From NCBI GenBank assembly GCA_965218585.1, contig CBDCLE010000003.1, positions 96,001 to 160,000 on the forward strand: a stretch of DNA of 64,000 nt, given 5' to 3'. This DNA is from Terriglobia bacterium. GTDB taxonomy: Bacteria; Acidobacteriota; Terriglobia; 20CM-2-55-15. Of the stretch, positions 61,893 through 64,000 are shown one piece after another (within the stretch, counting starts at the first letter, position 1; each line of letters begins with the position of its first letter). Under the pieces are notes generated by a model, which was not told the origin of the DNA, did no database searches, and worked only from the letters and a program-made list of their open reading frames with translations. The translations under genes were made by a program, and so were the position numbers.

Positions 61893-62474
61893 ATGTCCAC
61901 CGATCTGGAGAGGGTCAAGCCGAGGTTGTTATCGGTCTCCGCAATTGGAGTCATCCTCGCCCTGACCGCCATCCTCCTCCGCGTCCAGGGCCGACTCTGG
62001 ATATGTGCCTGCGGTGAAGTCTATCTGTGGTCGGGCGAGATCCAGAGCCAGCACAACTCCCAGCACTTTTTCGATCCCTACACCTTCACCCATGTGCTCC
62101 ATGGCCTGGCGATCTTCTGGATCCTGCTCCCGTTGATCTCGCGTGTCCGGATTGAATACCTGATGGGACTGGCCGTCCTGATGGAGTCGGCCTGGGAAGT
62201 CTTCGAAAACTCGGCCTTTGTCATCAACCGTTACCGGGAGGCGACGATCGCGCTGGGGTATGAGGGCGACACGGTCATCAACGCCCTGTCCGACATCGCG
62301 GTCTGTGCGGGAGGCTTTGGTATGGCGACGTACCTGAGATGGAAAAAATCTATAGCCCTCTTCGCTGTAACCGAGCTCCTGTTGATCGCCTGGATCCGGG
62401 ACAGTCTTTTGCTGAACATCGTGATGCTCATCTATCCGTTTGAGGTGATCCGGGTGTGGCAGATGGGGGCTTAG
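61893..62474 (+). CDS. DUF2585-family membrane protein
   Basis: GR.WICACG.V.LW, NSQH..D.YT..H..HG, WE..EN..F.I.RYR, Y.GD and RD.L.LN..ML motifs. Confidence 0.88.
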   Translation: MSTDLERVKPRLLSVSAIGVILALTAILLRVQGRLWICACGEVYLWSGEIQSQHNSQHFFDPYTFTHVLHGLAIFWILLPLISRVRIEYLMGLAVLMESAWEVFENSAFVINRYREATIALGYEGDTVINALSDIAVCAGGFGMATYLRWKKSIALFAVTELLLIAWIRDSLLLNIVMLIYPFEVIRVWQMGA

Positions 62475-63540
62475 GAGCCTGTCTGGCCGTGCTCCGGTCG
62501 GGCTTCGGAACGTAGGGCGTGATCCCGGCGGCTTCGCAGTCCTCAATGTCTTCGATCTTGTAGTAGCCTCGGTCCGCGACCGCGTCGATCTCGTCGACAG
62601 CCAAGTTCTCCCGAGCCGCTGTAGCCGTCTCCGCGAGCAGACCGAGGTCCGAGACCTTGCTATGGACCTGCTGTTCGGCGATCAGGTTGTGCTTGGTGTC
62701 GACAGCGATCTGGACGTTGTAGCCCACTCCGACCCGTGTCCCGGAATGCATTGACCGGGAGTCCGGATCCGTAAGCGACAGCTGGGCTTTTCCGGTATCG
62801 TCCAGCGTCTGCCGATGCCCCTCCAAGGTCTCCTTCCTCTTACGGATCGATGCGATCTTCTCCTGAAGATCCGCCACGGCAGCCGCTCTGCCGCCGGCAT
62901 CATCCGCGTCGGCCTCGTTCACCTGGTCGAGGTAGCGGTCGAGTCGGTCGTCGATACGCTGCAGGTCCGTCTTCAGCTTGGCCCGCGTGAAGTTGCGGTC
63001 CCGGTGGTTCACCGCCTTGATGCGCGTGCCGTCCACGGCGATCAACTCCCGCCCGTACAGGTCGAGTTCCCGGCACAACCGCACGAACTGCCGAAACACC
63101 GCCCGGAACGCATGCCGATTGTCGCGCCGGAAGTCGGCGATCGTCTTGAAGTCGGGCTTCAGCTGGCGTAGCAGCCAGATCGCCTCGAGGTTGCGATGCG
63201 TCTCTGTCTCCAGCCTGCGGCTCGACCGAATACGATTCAGATACCCGTAGATATACAGCTTCAGCAGATCCGCGGGATCGTAGCCTGGACGGCCCTTGTC
63301 GTTGGGCCGAACGCGCTGGAATCCAGCCGCCTCAAGGTCGAGGCCGTCGACGAATGCATCAATGAAACGGACCGGGTTGTCCGGTCCCACGTAGTCGTCC
63401 ACAGCATCGGGCAGAAGCAGAAGCTGGGAACGGTCTTCACCGGTGATATGTGCCATGACACATTTTACCAACCGCCATGGGGACCCCGAAGCCAGTTCAC
63501 CGACTCCCGCCCGACTGTCGCCGACTTTTCACACAGTCTG
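62475..63540 (-). mobile_element. Truncated IS1182-family element
   Basis: Left end CAGACTGTGTGAAAAGTC at 63540; matching right IR not found; the transposase breaks at ~62484 next to TTAG-GAGCCTG. Confidence 0.8.
62484..63456 (-). pseudogene. IS1182 transposase, C-terminally truncated
   Basis: GRPGYDP..LLKLYIYGY, PDFKTIADFR, AVDGT, SLTDPDSR, GYNVQ and ADRGY motifs; ends at PKPDRSTAR without the C-terminal DDE part. Confidence 0.88.
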
Positions 63541-63827
63541 GGACGTTTGCCGGTCAGGCCACGATGGACATTTTCAATGGTGTTCCGAGCGGCCGGGCCC
63601 GGCGAGCGTGTCCGGCTGCGCTCTGGCCCATAGCACGCCGCAAGCTGACACAGCTCAATCGTGTTCGGGATCTTCAGGAGCTGGCCGTGCCACCGGGCAA
63701 CCGCCTGGAACGACTGGCGGGCAAACGCCGAGGCCAATACAGCATCCGAATCAATGAACAGTATCGGGTGTGCTTTTTCTGGGAGGACGGTTATGCCGAC
63801 AAGGTCGAAGTCACCGACTGCCACTAA
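63541..63827 (+). pseudogene. higB: HigB-type (RelE superfamily) toxin lacking its native start codon
   Basis: TF....T.DIF.G, ARRKL..L, L.VPPGNRLE.L.G...GQYSIRIN.QYRVCF.W; the IS1182 end sits where the first codons should be; terminal DCH instead of DYH. Confidence 0.85.
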
Positions 63828-63849
63828 ACGTCGGTCTGGCAATAAGCAG

Positions 63850-64000
63850 TTGGCGCGGCGCCCACTGCCCACCCATGTGCCTCCGACGCACCCGGGCGAA
63901 ATGCTTCTCGAGGAGTTTCTCAAGCCGCTCGGCGTATCCCAATCTGCATTTGCCATTCGTCTGGGCGTATCCTTCCCTCGTCTGAATGAGATCGTTCGTG
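63850..64000 (+). CDS. higA: HigA-family antitoxin (partial, runs off the window)
   Basis: PPTHPGEMLLEEFLKPLGVSQSAFAIRLGVSFPRLNEIVR HTH signature downstream of higB. Confidence 0.9.
   Translation, partial: MARRPLPTHVPPTHPGEMLLEEFLKPLGVSQSAFAIRLGVSFPRLNEIVR

Noticed and set aside
1-64000. CRISPR array, tRNA/rRNA genes, prophage or defence island
   Set aside because: No regularly spaced repeats, tRNA/rRNA signatures or phage/defence genes recognised, apart from higBA at the edge

Overview
Bacterial chromosomal window of roughly 58-60% GC (estimated by eye). The gene content (DUF6152/DUF5916-type secreted proteins, RRM protein, carboxypeptidase-regulatory-like-domain TonB receptor) suggests Acidobacteriota or a similar lineage; this is inference. 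Housekeeping and metabolic genes are pyrE, pckA, fabI, a class I fumarase, otsB-GH15-otsA, a MetF-MetV fusion facing a LigM-type O-demethylase, an M16 peptidase pair, MscS, crcB and LOG. Five IS elements are present (IS110, IS701, two IS1182, IS5), together with about ten damaged genes, which points to ongoing pseudogenisation. Best leads: (1) a His-rich, signal-bearing uORF ending in an RGPP arrest-like motif, followed immediately by an anti-SD that can pair with the RBS of a TonB-dependent metal receptor, i.e. a candidate metal-sensing ribosome-stalling switch; (2) a Fur-boxed porin / FMN-binding protein / cytochrome b-like / ApbE operon hit by two IS; (3) an IS110 whose long 3' non-coding arm carries a 9-nt copy of its own junction (bridge/seek-RNA candidate); (4) an uncharacterised four-gene secreted cassette (DUF6152, degenerate MBL, two Cys-paired paralogues) next to aryl-O-demethylation genes; (5) a DUF1538 / two PII / cNMP-domain antiporter / amino-acid symporter locus. 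All family names come from motif recognition by eye; no database search was run.
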